In this document: positions 28,301 through 37,199 of the stretch, piece after piece
Layout: each line of letters begins with the position of its first letter
How positions within the stretch are numbered: the first letter of the stretch is position 1
Assembly: GCA_023251795.1 (NCBI GenBank)
Contig: JAHEYD010000003.1
Span: 73,853 to 137,852 of the forward strand
DNA: 64,000 nt
DNA from: Nitrosotalea sp.
GTDB lineage: Archaea > Thermoproteota > Nitrososphaeria > Nitrososphaerales > Nitrosopumilaceae
Reading direction: 5' to 3'
Position numbers and translations under genes: made by a program
Notes under the pieces: generated by a model
What the model was told of the DNA's origin: nothing
Database searches by the model: none
Seen by the model: only the letters and a program-made list of their open reading frames with translations

Positions 28301-28326
28301 CGAGGATAATAAATGGCAACGTATGA
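25318..28326 (+). CDS. fused SbcD/Mre11-like nuclease and SbcC/Rad50-like ATPase
   Basis: N-terminus has GDLH, NNGDH, GNHD, VHTP phosphoesterase motifs. From about aa 375: NGSGKTSLLESI (Walker A), long coiled coil with a CPTCGQ zinc hook, SSDGERRK signature, ILIADEALDSLD (Walker B), LVSHS. Confidence 0.8.
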   Translation: MNFLVLGDLHATPFGEFSRSINQSGDTTLSRSILDTARWVREVYGKSNVSLFINNGDHTSTPGKLDSPTIRLLELIEQEWKSIKRLYNIGNHDLDNKVGLHNLHLHAGYDDLTVVEPNKVTKLDDNVYVVPFTYSIDRQIELLRSIEDGSVVIVHTPIKGVLMTPEIFEEHGVPADEFGRFAFTIASHYHIPQIISKTSHITLSSETSGILPEGSIVVTGTPIPHSFADQNSVYGIWRVESDSRYVEFFENPHAPVYLSRKIQSDSEIKKIKEEISGYGDRRVFLSISAPKNVADKIDQDTFDVQNVRIRREKPKEIEALPNRMKIDDNASLINNIKSYLRKIKSDSVEEISNYLSPFISKLPSDESTSNINFRQLNLRNFMSWGEAEVSFDGSGLVLVQGVNNDTATASSNGSGKTSLLESIIWCLFGNSFRNFDSKDRIIRQGSKGGCSVSLTFDINEETYRVTRTRKSPSTGVTVEKLSDGVWVDISRGSIPATDEQIKQLTGYTFDTFSVITFFGSRFNNQFSMIGDADKKKFLGSVVGIIQYSELRDLVRAEIAPVSRELDSTEAKIEILSKKLLEFEARLVDEELEIENKKAEDLREIDELTKKRRVLISSCSSIDKNIEKIDFDINEIQNKLSAFSSIEAERSRLESELSSSKVLLNRLSSEASRAKSRLFVASDKVKNLDTNCPTCGQLLPQESVDAVKAELMESVDKAAKELTEISANRSDAEAVAKDKENKIQEFDDNHKNDKKLIFGLSSELYSMRSDKKNIEKERQDKNAQAASFLAKIESIKNNDYEKSINNLRKTVESTSDEINVLTEKSLLLAKQKELSSTADRILSPQGIISYVLDSGIGQLNSYLEYISNFIFGGDYVISLESTKELQKGGEENKITIKYSTPAGSYLASSDGERRKADIAVFLAVNFLASGNGKSSNILIADEALDSLDHVASKFVVDAISKFAEEECKRVFLVSHSDNVVSWVPEVMVVERSSGISRIINGNV

Positions 28327-29101
28327 ATCGTTAATAAGGAAAACTTTCGACAAAGATAAATGCTCTGAAGATTTTTCTAGACTGAGATCAGACCCAAGAA
28401 ATAGTGAGTACATTGGTGCTGTTGTTGAAAGCGCACTTCCTGTGCTTGGTTGTCTTTTATCAACACAATTTAGGCGGATACTCCGTCCCGGCACTGAGGA
28501 ATACGACGAGATAATATCGGCGGTCCCCGCTTCGTTTTTCGAGTATTTGAATTCTGATAAGTTCTACGAAAAGTATTACGACGACCCAAATACTATATTC
28601 TCGTTTCTTTACGGGATGTTTAGATACGAGATACTCAACACTTTGAAGAAATTGAGGAAGCATCAGGACATAGATTCTAAGATGGTTAACAATTTTTCTG
28701 TTACTTCGTATTTTAACTTGGAAGCGTCAGCTTCATACATGGAGTACAGATTGTTTGCTAATGAACTGCCTGAGTTTATTATCTCGGCCACCCTTAAAAA
28801 GATACGATTCACCGAAAACGACAGGACAATTTGTGAAACAATACTTAATTCGTTGGTCAATTCAAATGGTATACCTTGGTATCTAATTTCGGAAGTTTAT
28901 AATATTAGCAAGCAGGAAATAAGGTTTTTTGTTGACCACGTTGTAATATGTATAAGGGAAGTTCTCAGAGAAAACAGAGAAATGTTCGACCACGTTCCGC
29001 ATGTTATGTATGTTGAGCTAGGTAACGATAAAAATTACGAATCGTTCAGAGAGGGTTTCCATTCAAGCAACCAGAGTGACTTCTGGCAAGGGGTTGATTA
29101 G
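28313..29101 (+). CDS. hypothetical protein, possible sigma-factor-like regulator
   Basis: FSFLYGMFRYEILNTLKKLRK is region-2-like. The C-terminal HTH-like stretch is YLISEVYNISKQEIRFFVDHV. Weak. Confidence 0.3.
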   Translation: MATYESLIRKTFDKDKCSEDFSRLRSDPRNSEYIGAVVESALPVLGCLLSTQFRRILRPGTEEYDEIISAVPASFFEYLNSDKFYEKYYDDPNTIFSFLYGMFRYEILNTLKKLRKHQDIDSKMVNNFSVTSYFNLEASASYMEYRLFANELPEFIISATLKKIRFTENDRTICETILNSLVNSNGIPWYLISEVYNISKQEIRFFVDHVVICIREVLRENREMFDHVPHVMYVELGNDKNYESFREGFHSSNQSDFWQGVD

Positions 29102-29607
29102 TGTTAGGCCATTCCAAAATACAATCAGACATATCAAAAGTGATACGTATTTTTGGGAAGACTGTAACCTCAGAGGATGAAGTTAATAATATCTTAATAA
29201 CCTACTTGTCTAAGGATCTTTCTATAATTAGTTTGTACAAGGTCTTTAGAAAAAACATGCTTAGGTTTATTGAAATTTTTGGTGGGGTTGTCATAGATTT
29301 TCCCGGAGAGAGCGCAACAGAAGAGGATGTGAAATATTCACATCTTCCGGAAATTTCTAGACTATTTGGTAAGAAAGCTGTTTCCGATTTGTTTGACGAA
29401 TTTTCCGGGCAAAGAATCACTCCGCCAACCGTTGATTGCATGGTAGACATTCTTCGGGACGTTGATATCTATTGTCGAGTAAAGAAATGTCAGTCCAAAG
29501 AAGACAGGAAAAGGACTACAAAATTCCTGTCCAACTATTATAGGATACAAGTTTCTGAAGTAAATTTTTCCTATAGAAGAGTGAAAAAAGAATTGGAAGC
29601 AAAATGA
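29101..29607 (+). CDS. hypothetical protein with C-terminal HTH-like segment
   Basis: GTG start at the upstream stop. LSNYYRIQVSEVNFSYRRVKKEL. Confidence 0.3.
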   Translation: MLGHSKIQSDISKVIRIFGKTVTSEDEVNNILITYLSKDLSIISLYKVFRKNMLRFIEIFGGVVIDFPGESATEEDVKYSHLPEISRLFGKKAVSDLFDEFSGQRITPPTVDCMVDILRDVDIYCRVKKCQSKEDRKRTTKFLSNYYRIQVSEVNFSYRRVKKELEAK

Positions 29608-30299
29608 CTAAACCAGCAAAGAAACCGGCCAAGAAACCAAAGAAAAGCCCAAAGAAGCAACCGGCAATAACGCCGGAAGTGGTGATCCAGCCTGTTCTTG
29701 TTCAGACAGAGGAAGAGGCTCTAGAGGCCCTAGAAACAGACCGTCGCCGTAAGGAACGGGACTTCCTTGGAAGGTTTATGAATCCGGAGAAGGCTGGTGG
29801 TCAAATACCGAGATACAGGAGAGACGTAGCTGATAGAGTAGAGGCATTGACGGCTCTGGAAGTTTTACGGAAAGCAGTATTGCAAAAGGGTAGGCTCGAT
29901 GATTCTGTAAAAAACCAAATAAACGAGATCCTAAACGACCATTCAAATAGACTAAAAGCTGTATTAGTAGGGTTGTCTCAGAAGAGAATTGATTCTATAA
30001 TAGCAATAACACAGGATTTGGATAGATTGGAAGATGAGCTTTCAAGTAGAAATCTCGGAGTGCTGACAACTACTACTTTGCTGCAGTTACATACTACTTT
30101 GGCGGCGAGGGAGAAGCAATTCGTAGACTTTATTTCTGCGATAGCATCGTTGACTCTACCTGAGAGAATGGAAGACAAGTTCGAAAGTTCAAGCTTCTTG
30201 AAAGAATTAGAAGACAAGGGAGTAGAGACTACCATTTCTTCCAGAAGGAAAGTTTTGGCTCTTGTCGATAGGATAGTTAGTGAACAGCGGAAAAGTTGA
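29604..30299 (+). CDS. Lys-rich protein, possible small terminase subunit
   Basis: Sits immediately upstream of TerL. KKPAKKPKKSPKK N-terminus. Positional inference only. Confidence 0.3.
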   Translation: MTKPAKKPAKKPKKSPKKQPAITPEVVIQPVLVQTEEEALEALETDRRRKERDFLGRFMNPEKAGGQIPRYRRDVADRVEALTALEVLRKAVLQKGRLDDSVKNQINEILNDHSNRLKAVLVGLSQKRIDSIIAITQDLDRLEDELSSRNLGVLTTTTLLQLHTTLAAREKQFVDFISAIASLTLPERMEDKFESSSFLKELEDKGVETTISSRRKVLALVDRIVSEQRKS

Positions 30300-32241
30300 C
30301 GGTATAATACAGGTATTACCAGATGATTTGAAACAAGAATTCAGTTTATTAACTGAAAATGAGAAGAAACTATTCATAGCTACAGTTTCGGACCCGGAAG
30401 TTCTTCCGCTTTTATACGCAATCGATTTTAAAGAAGTGCCTGTTTCCCCAAGGGAATTTTTCACAAACCCATATTTTGTCGGGGAGGCTCTAGTTTGGAA
30501 TGACAAGGAAAAAAGAGGGATCTACCCAAAATGGCTTGATGAATTGTGTTATGTACTTGAGCCGAAAAACCAAGTGTACGAATGGATTCTTAGCGGATCA
30601 CTTGGTGCCGGTAAGTCTACTGCAGCTTTCTGTTCACAAGTTTATATAATTTATTGGTTGAATTGTCTTAGAAACCCGCATGCTTACCTAGGAATGCTGC
30701 CATCGGCACCAATTGAAATATTCTTGTTCTCTATTACGTTGACGACTGCTGAGGATGCTGGTGTTTCTAGACTCGAAAGAATAGTAAACGGGTCACCGTA
30801 CTTCCGCAGAAATTTTCCTGTAAATAAGAGACGTAGGCAGCGAGGGGGTAAAAGAGGAAACGATTTTGACTATAAGCTTGAGTTCCCACCATTCCTTGAA
30901 ATAGTTGAAGGTTCAAAAGAATCACACTTTATTTCCAGAGACATTATCGGCGGGGTGCTTGACGAAGCGAACTTCGTTCCTCAGCCAAGAAAAACCGGTG
31001 CGCTTTCTTACGACGCTACATCTAGAGCGTTTAGTTTGTACACTGGTCTTAGGAACCGAATTGAATCGCGATTCATGAAACAAGGTAAAGTGTTTGGTTT
31101 AATGTGTTTGATTTCTTCTGCGGCTACTAGGTTCGACTTCTTGGAGCAGCACAAAAAACATCAAAGAGAAAATGGTCATGCACACATATCGGAATTTCCT
31201 CTTTACGGAGTGAAGCCGTGGGAATATTCCGGCAGAAGCTTTTTTGTTATAATAGGTAATGAAAGAAAAAATTCTAAAATAATAGAAGAGTCAATTGATA
31301 AGTCGTTTGATAAACCATTTGAATATTCTGGTAGTGAACGAATAGAAAAAATTCCGATAGAGCATCTAGAGGCTTTCAGACGAGATTTGCCAAAGGCTCT
31401 TAGGGAAATTTCTGGTGTACCATCGGAAACTGCTTACCCGTTGATACCTGATAGAGATTTAATAGGATTAGCTGCTGATCATTCGAGGGAGCACCCATTT
31501 GATGGGCCTGTTACTATTAGTCACCAAAACGATACCGGTTTGGAAATTTTCCTGAAACCACAGAGATTAGTCAAATGGGAAGGTAACATATTAGTACCGA
31601 AATACCACAGAGGAAGACCAAGACATATCCATATCGACTTATCGAAGAATCAATGCGCTACTGGTATTTCTATGGGGTGTGTTTGTGGTTACCAAGAGAG
31701 TAAAACGGCAGGTTATGATGGGAAAGTTGTTGTTGGTAAGTCCCCGATAATATGGATGGATTTTTCTCTCCAGATAAACCCACCTGAACCTCCGGGTGAA
31801 ATAGATTATTCGAAGATAAGATATTTCATTAGGTACCTTCGGGATGAGTTTCATTTCCCTATAAAGATCGTCAGTTTTGACGGATGGCAAAGTGTGGATA
31901 GTAGGCAGATACTACTCAAAGAAGGATTTCCGGAGGTTGAAATCTTGTCCGTCGATAGAGACCCAGGGCCGTATTTGGCAACGAGATCTGCGGTAGTTGA
32001 AAGAAGAATTTTGTGGCCACCTTATCCTCCATTTGAAGAGGAATTAGCAACGTTGCAGCTATTGACTGAAGGAAAAAATACTTGGGTAGAAAAGCCTGCT
32101 GGCGGACTGAAGGACGTTTCGGACTCAGTTGCCGGTGTAGTTTGGTGGTGCAATGAGGAAGCCCATAAAAATAACGAAGCGGAAATAGAAGCGCAAATTG
32201 CGGTTAAAAAGAGACAATTAATGATGCCTATTGTGAGGTAA
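30280..32241 (+). CDS. terL: terminase large subunit
   Basis: Walker A SGSLGAGKST. Walker B GGVLDEANF. C-terminal nuclease-size domain. GTG start uncertain. Confidence 0.8.
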   Translation: MNSGKVDGIIQVLPDDLKQEFSLLTENEKKLFIATVSDPEVLPLLYAIDFKEVPVSPREFFTNPYFVGEALVWNDKEKRGIYPKWLDELCYVLEPKNQVYEWILSGSLGAGKSTAAFCSQVYIIYWLNCLRNPHAYLGMLPSAPIEIFLFSITLTTAEDAGVSRLERIVNGSPYFRRNFPVNKRRRQRGGKRGNDFDYKLEFPPFLEIVEGSKESHFISRDIIGGVLDEANFVPQPRKTGALSYDATSRAFSLYTGLRNRIESRFMKQGKVFGLMCLISSAATRFDFLEQHKKHQRENGHAHISEFPLYGVKPWEYSGRSFFVIIGNERKNSKIIEESIDKSFDKPFEYSGSERIEKIPIEHLEAFRRDLPKALREISGVPSETAYPLIPDRDLIGLAADHSREHPFDGPVTISHQNDTGLEIFLKPQRLVKWEGNILVPKYHRGRPRHIHIDLSKNQCATGISMGCVCGYQESKTAGYDGKVVVGKSPIIWMDFSLQINPPEPPGEIDYSKIRYFIRYLRDEFHFPIKIVSFDGWQSVDSRQILLKEGFPEVEILSVDRDPGPYLATRSAVVERRILWPPYPPFEEELATLQLLTEGKNTWVEKPAGGLKDVSDSVAGVVWWCNEEAHKNNEAEIEAQIAVKKRQLMMPIVR

Positions 32242-32243
32242 AG

Positions 32244-34265
32244 ATGGCAGATAAAGATAACAAAGACATAAAGAACAAGTCAACTGTTCTATCATTGTTG
32301 CACAAGTTCTTTGGTATACGGTTTGGTGAGTCGTTACCCCAAATAGTAAATATACAAAGCGCATCCCCACAACAATTTTCACCGATGGGTTCTGGTGGTT
32401 ATTTCTCAGATTTCGAAGATGAAAGAATAACTAGATACCGAGAATACGATGTTATGGATAATGACTCGTCTGACATAACTATAGCTCTCGATATTTATGC
32501 AGAGGAAGCGACGCAGACTTCTACGGAAAGTGGTAAAGCAGTTTGGGTTACTTCGGAAGACGAAGAAGTAGCACATATGATCGAGCAATTTCTTTCTGAC
32601 ATTGATTTAGAAGAGAGAGTTTATGGTTTGGCAAGACATATTGCCAAGTACGGAGATTTGTTTCTTTTCCCGATTATTGATAACGAACTCGATGAGGAAT
32701 CCTCTCAGTTATTGAATGAAGAAGACAAACCAAGTAACAATCTAAGAAAGTTCAAGAAAAAGAGTGATTCTGAAGATTCTGATGTGGAACCTGATGATGA
32801 GGACGACGAGGATGAGGGTGAGGACGACGAAGAGGGATTATTTGGGAAAAATCGTCTTGGTGTGGATTCGGACGAAACTGGCGAGGATATCGAGCTAGGG
32901 TTTGAAACCGACGATCAGCCTTCTTATACACCGGACCCAAATATACTCTCGGGACACACTATTAGAGATTTCTGGATAGTCCATCCTTCTACGGTGTCAA
33001 TCTCTACAAACCCAAAGAATGGCAAAATTATCGGGTTCAATAGCACATCTATTGGCATGGAAACTTTGATTGGTGATGAAGCTGGAAGAATACCGCCGCA
33101 AAGCATGACTGACAAAGATGAAGAAGGATTCTCACCATGGGATTTTGTCCATTTTAAAATTATAGGATCTGACTTAACTTCGAAATACGGTACTTCGATG
33201 GTCGAATCCGTGCGCCGCAGTTGGCGTACGCTCCAAATGTTAGAGGTATCAGTTGCGTTATGGAGATTAAATAGGGCCGGTTCGCGTTTGCTCTATAAGA
33301 TCGATGTTGGTCAGTCTTCTCCGGACGAAGCTCAAGAAATAGTAAATAACTGGATAAAGACGATCCGCGGTGAAGTTTTCTTAAACGTTACTGACCCGAG
33401 CAGCGAGAATGGCCGTAACACCGGCGACCTTGCTGAATATTTGGACAGATATAAGCCATTTTCACAATTCCACGATATTTACTGGCCCGTAGCTGAAGGA
33501 TCTGATTCGAGTGTTGATGTTCTTACTATGAATGCCGATTTGGCTCATGTTGAAGACATTGAACATTTTAAAAATAAAGTCAGAACAGCCCTTGGTATAC
33601 CGAAGGCATACTTTGACCAAGACATATCAGGGTGGAATGCAAATAAAGCCCTTGCTCAACAAGATATTAGATTCTCAAAGAAGATTGAGCGTCTTCAGAG
33701 AACTCTAATAAAGGGCATCGAAACCCTTTGTTCAGTCTTCCTATTGTACAAGGGTAAAAATGAGTTTTCGTTTACTATCAACATGGAACCGCCTTCCTCA
33801 CTGTCACAATTACAGCGTTTGGAGGTTTTGCAGCAAAAAGTTTCTGTGGCAATAGAATTAGTCGGTGCTGCTGATACTTTCGGATTTGACAGGGACTTGT
33901 GGTCGGTTTGGGTTCTGAAGAATATTGTTGGTATGTCTGAAGACGACATAAAGAAATTCAAGACTAAACCGGCAGAACCGGAGCCGTTGTCCCCTGACAA
34001 CATAGGGGACATACCGCAAATCGATATGAGCCAACCTGACGGAGGAGACAACGAACCTCCTGACAAGAAGAAAGGAAAGGCTGATATTTTACCGATAGGT
34101 GGTCCGGGACAAGATAAAGGATTTAAGAAGAATCAGATGTTAGACCATTTGTCTGATTCTAGAATATCTCGTTTTTCCCCGCGTTCGAAGCCAACTGTGC
34201 TAAAGAAATCTTTTGAAAGAGTAGTTGAGAAGTCGATTGAACGAGAAGGAAGAGACGGGGAGTAA
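32244..34265 (+). CDS. portal protein (with acidic insertion)
   Basis: ALDIYAEEATQ portal motif. Follows TerL. Asp/Glu-rich insertion around aa 170-215. Confidence 0.7.
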   Translation: MADKDNKDIKNKSTVLSLLHKFFGIRFGESLPQIVNIQSASPQQFSPMGSGGYFSDFEDERITRYREYDVMDNDSSDITIALDIYAEEATQTSTESGKAVWVTSEDEEVAHMIEQFLSDIDLEERVYGLARHIAKYGDLFLFPIIDNELDEESSQLLNEEDKPSNNLRKFKKKSDSEDSDVEPDDEDDEDEGEDDEEGLFGKNRLGVDSDETGEDIELGFETDDQPSYTPDPNILSGHTIRDFWIVHPSTVSISTNPKNGKIIGFNSTSIGMETLIGDEAGRIPPQSMTDKDEEGFSPWDFVHFKIIGSDLTSKYGTSMVESVRRSWRTLQMLEVSVALWRLNRAGSRLLYKIDVGQSSPDEAQEIVNNWIKTIRGEVFLNVTDPSSENGRNTGDLAEYLDRYKPFSQFHDIYWPVAEGSDSSVDVLTMNADLAHVEDIEHFKNKVRTALGIPKAYFDQDISGWNANKALAQQDIRFSKKIERLQRTLIKGIETLCSVFLLYKGKNEFSFTINMEPPSSLSQLQRLEVLQQKVSVAIELVGAADTFGFDRDLWSVWVLKNIVGMSEDDIKKFKTKPAEPEPLSPDNIGDIPQIDMSQPDGGDNEPPDKKKGKADILPIGGPGQDKGFKKNQMLDHLSDSRISRFSPRSKPTVLKKSFERVVEKSIEREGRDGE

Positions 34266-35044
34266 TGGATAAGAAAGAGTTTATTGCTTACGCAAAGGAA
34301 TTCATCGAGTTAAGATCCCCGGAACTCGATGGTATTTCACCGAAGACCGTAGAAAGAATAATTTACTCAATATTTGAGTCAATAGTAACAGTTATAGAAC
34401 GTGGTGATGAAGTTAGATTTTCCCCGGTTGGCATATTCTTTCCTAGGATTGTTCAACGTGGCGACGCTTTGGTAGCATCGAAAATAGGATTTGAGTCATT
34501 TTCGGCCATAAACACAAGGCTGTTTGAGAAGTTCAGTAAGTTGCCGATTTTTAGCTCTAAACAATCGACCATAAGAGTATTTGCAGCAAACGGTGCTTTA
34601 AAAGTCACTGATGAAGAGGGGAAGGAATTGTACTCTCTTACCCAAGCAGCGAGAATGGCGAACGTTTCATTGCCTACAGCACATAAGTACAAAGAAAAAT
34701 ATAAAGACAGAATACCAGTAGTAAAAACTCAACAAGGCAATAGGTATTCAGAATCTGCAGTAGAAGTTTTCAAACAGATAAAACTCGAAAACATCCAAAA
34801 CACCAAAGTAAAAAATACGAATTACAACATAAAATTCCCGTCGAACATTGGCGAGTTTTCGTTGTCGGCAATATCGAAAATGACTTCTACTTCTATGCCT
34901 ACTTTGTATAAATACATGAAAAAATACCCTGATATATTAGACCCATATGTTCATCAGATAGATAACGAAAAGAAGTATTCGAGAGAATTTGCGAAGAAAG
35001 TGGTTGACATTAAAAACTCCAACATGTCACAATTCGGACAATGA
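34265..35044 (+). CDS. HU/IHF-like N-terminal domain plus two MerR-like HTH repeats
   Basis: KKEFIAYAKEF...KTVERIIYSIFESIVTVIERGDEVRFSPVGIF is HU-like. Repeats are YSLTQAARMANVSLPTAHKYKEKY and FSLSAISKMTSTSMPTLYKYMKKY. Confidence 0.45.
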   Translation: MDKKEFIAYAKEFIELRSPELDGISPKTVERIIYSIFESIVTVIERGDEVRFSPVGIFFPRIVQRGDALVASKIGFESFSAINTRLFEKFSKLPIFSSKQSTIRVFAANGALKVTDEEGKELYSLTQAARMANVSLPTAHKYKEKYKDRIPVVKTQQGNRYSESAVEVFKQIKLENIQNTKVKNTNYNIKFPSNIGEFSLSAISKMTSTSMPTLYKYMKKYPDILDPYVHQIDNEKKYSREFAKKVVDIKNSNMSQFGQ

Positions 35045-36879
35045 ATTTCAAAGACCTTATAGAAGCCATTTTAAAAGAAACCAACAAATCAGTTGGTAGG
35101 ATAAGGGGTGGTATTCCTGAAATTCCGTCAGAATTATCACAAAAAGGGTATGCTAACCCATCTGTCAAAAAATCAGCGGACCACGGTTTCAAAATCATAA
35201 AAGGAAACTATAGGAAAGCTTTGAGTGATTTGGTTACCGATTACCAAGAAAACAGGTTGGTGCTGCGCAAGTTCAGGGAAAACGCCGAAAAATTAATGAG
35301 ATCGTACTTCGAAAAAGCATACCGATATGGAATGATGATTCAAGCCGGTATATCATCGACCCCCAAGGATTTCCAGTTGAAGCAGTCTCAGTACCAGTGG
35401 ATAGCGAAAGCTGCTGCTGAAGAATACAAATACTTTGAGTCATTAATCAACGATATTAGAACCGGGAACCAGAAAGTACATTTCCTTTCTAGGGTAGATA
35501 GATATGTTGATACTCTGAATTCGATAAAGGACGCTGGAATTGTTGCAGGCACGCCAGTTGAAGGGTATGTAATATTTCGTTGGGAAGTTGACTATGACGC
35601 GGAACATTGCCCCGGTTGCCTATATCTTGCAGAGCATTCACCTTTTACTAGAGAAAATATACCATGTTTGGTCGGGGAAACAAAAATCCATACTTTGGCT
35701 GGTGAATTTACTATAGAAGAATTGTATCGTGGCAAATATCCGTATGAACATATGTTTGTTTGGTCAATAGATGGTGATATGATATTACCATCATTGGTAA
35801 AAGCTGTGGTGTGCAATGGGGAAGAAGAAACGTTAATAGTTACTTTAGATAATGAAGAAAAAATTGAATGTACTCCTGACCATTTATTTATTTTGAAAAA
35901 CGGAAAGGTGAGAAAATCGTCTGAATTATCAGTCGGTGATTCTCTTATGAGATTTGACACTGTAATTGATAGGGATGGATATAGAAAAATATTAAGCAAA
36001 AAAACTAATAGGTGGTTTAGAGCACATTGGTTGGTGGCCAGATATTTCGGTTTATTTGATGGTGTTAAATTTGATGGACAAAGGCCAGTTATACATCATA
36101 TATTATCAGATCAAAAATCAAATAACGACCCGATGAACTTGTTGGCGATGGGAAACGTGGATCACAACAAACTTCATGGTGATCATTTTGTAAAAAATCT
36201 AAGAAATTGGGAGACAGAAAATCCTAATGACCTTTTTGAACTGAGAAGGAATAATGCTAATAGATTCAGGGATTTGTGGTCCAAATTTGACAATAGAATA
36301 ACAAATAACCAGAAATTAAATGCTAAAAAAAGGGCTGAATGGGCTAGAAACAACAGACATTTATTCTCAGAAAAAGCGAAACAGGCATTTGTAAATAATC
36401 CAGGATTGAGAAATATCAGTAGGGAATCCGGGAAAAGAAACTTTAAACACATAGAAAAATTCATAAAATATATAAGTGATGATAAAAAGAAAGAAATATT
36501 AAAGCTACGTATGGAAGGTAATTCGTACAACGAAATATCGAAAATTGTTGGAGTATCTATTGGTGGTGCATGGAAGGTGTGCAAGAACAATTTATCAAAC
36601 CACAAAGTAGTGAGTGTAAAGAAATCTACTAAAAAAATAGTGTATGATCTTATCACTGATGCTGGAAATTTTGCTTTATCAAGTGGTATTTTTATACACA
36701 ATTGTACACCTAGAGACGGTGCTACGCAATGTCTTTATAATTGTAAGTGTGGTCTAACAGTACAGAAAGTAGATAAGAAGACTTACGATTCAATAGTTAG
36801 GTCCTCAATTTCCAAGAAGTCGATGTTGTCACACCTTAATAGGATGAAACAGGCTTCTTTAGGCACGAGGAGAAGATGA
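35041..36879 (+). CDS. Mu F / SPP1 gp7-like head morphogenesis protein interrupted by an intein
   Basis: The exteins join as HCPGCLYLAEHSPFTRENIP|CTPRDGATQCLYNCKCGL (C..C ... NC[KR]C motif). Follows the portal gene. Confidence 0.6.
   Translation: MNFKDLIEAILKETNKSVGRIRGGIPEIPSELSQKGYANPSVKKSADHGFKIIKGNYRKALSDLVTDYQENRLVLRKFRENAEKLMRSYFEKAYRYGMMIQAGISSTPKDFQLKQSQYQWIAKAAAEEYKYFESLINDIRTGNQKVHFLSRVDRYVDTLNSIKDAGIVAGTPVEGYVIFRWEVDYDAEHCPGCLYLAEHSPFTRENIPCLVGETKIHTLAGEFTIEELYRGKYPYEHMFVWSIDGDMILPSLVKAVVCNGEEETLIVTLDNEEKIECTPDHLFILKNGKVRKSSELSVGDSLMRFDTVIDRDGYRKILSKKTNRWFRAHWLVARYFGLFDGVKFDGQRPVIHHILSDQKSNNDPMNLLAMGNVDHNKLHGDHFVKNLRNWETENPNDLFELRRNNANRFRDLWSKFDNRITNNQKLNAKKRAEWARNNRHLFSEKAKQAFVNNPGLRNISRESGKRNFKHIEKFIKYISDDKKKEILKLRMEGNSYNEISKIVGVSIGGAWKVCKNNLSNHKVVSVKKSTKKIVYDLITDAGNFALSSGIFIHNCTPRDGATQCLYNCKCGLTVQKVDKKTYDSIVRSSISKKSMLSHLNRMKQASLGTRRR
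35665..36702 (+). mobile_element. intein (346 aa) carrying an HNH endonuclease and an HTH domain
   Basis: CLVGETKIHT (block A), TPDH (block B), VIHHILSD...NLLAMGNVDHNKLH (HNH), SYNEISKIVGVSIGG (HTH), GIFIHN|C. Confidence 0.8.
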
Positions 36880-36983
36880 TAACAGTTATTTTGTTAGTGT
36901 TGGTGCTTGTCGTATCATTAGCGTCGTATATTGTATGTTCCCTGTCAGAAAAAATCCATTTACGAAAACTACACCATCGTTAA
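36876..36983 (+). CDS. small membrane protein (35 aa)
   Basis: ATGA overlap with the upstream gene. MITVILLVLVLVVSLASYIVCS... Confidence 0.3.
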   Translation: MITVILLVLVLVVSLASYIVCSLSEKIHLRKLHHR

Positions 36984-37164
36984 TATATAGATCGTGTCTT
37001 GTCAGAGAATTCGTAAATGAATTACAACGAAATAGTATTTATGTGGACAATCGCTAGAGGAGACAAATATGACAGATATTTGGGGCTGTAATTCCTCGCG
37101 GTATCATACTCGACAAATTAAAGAACAGTAATTTACCCGGTCCGTTTCTCCGGGTGTAGTATAC

Positions 37165-37194
37165 TTGACAGATTATATACCTGTGTGTTATGAT
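37165..37194 (+). promoter_or_regulatory. sigma70-type promoter heading the RNA island
   Basis: TTGACA 37165-37170, 18 nt, TATGAT 37189-37194. No RBS or ORF start follows. Confidence 0.6.
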
Positions 37195-37199
37195 TCGTC

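Noticed and set aside
37135-37155. Hairpin ACCCGG-N9-CCGGGT upstream of the island promoter as a terminator
   Set aside because: It has no U-tract and only a 6-bp stem. It is plausible but unsupported.
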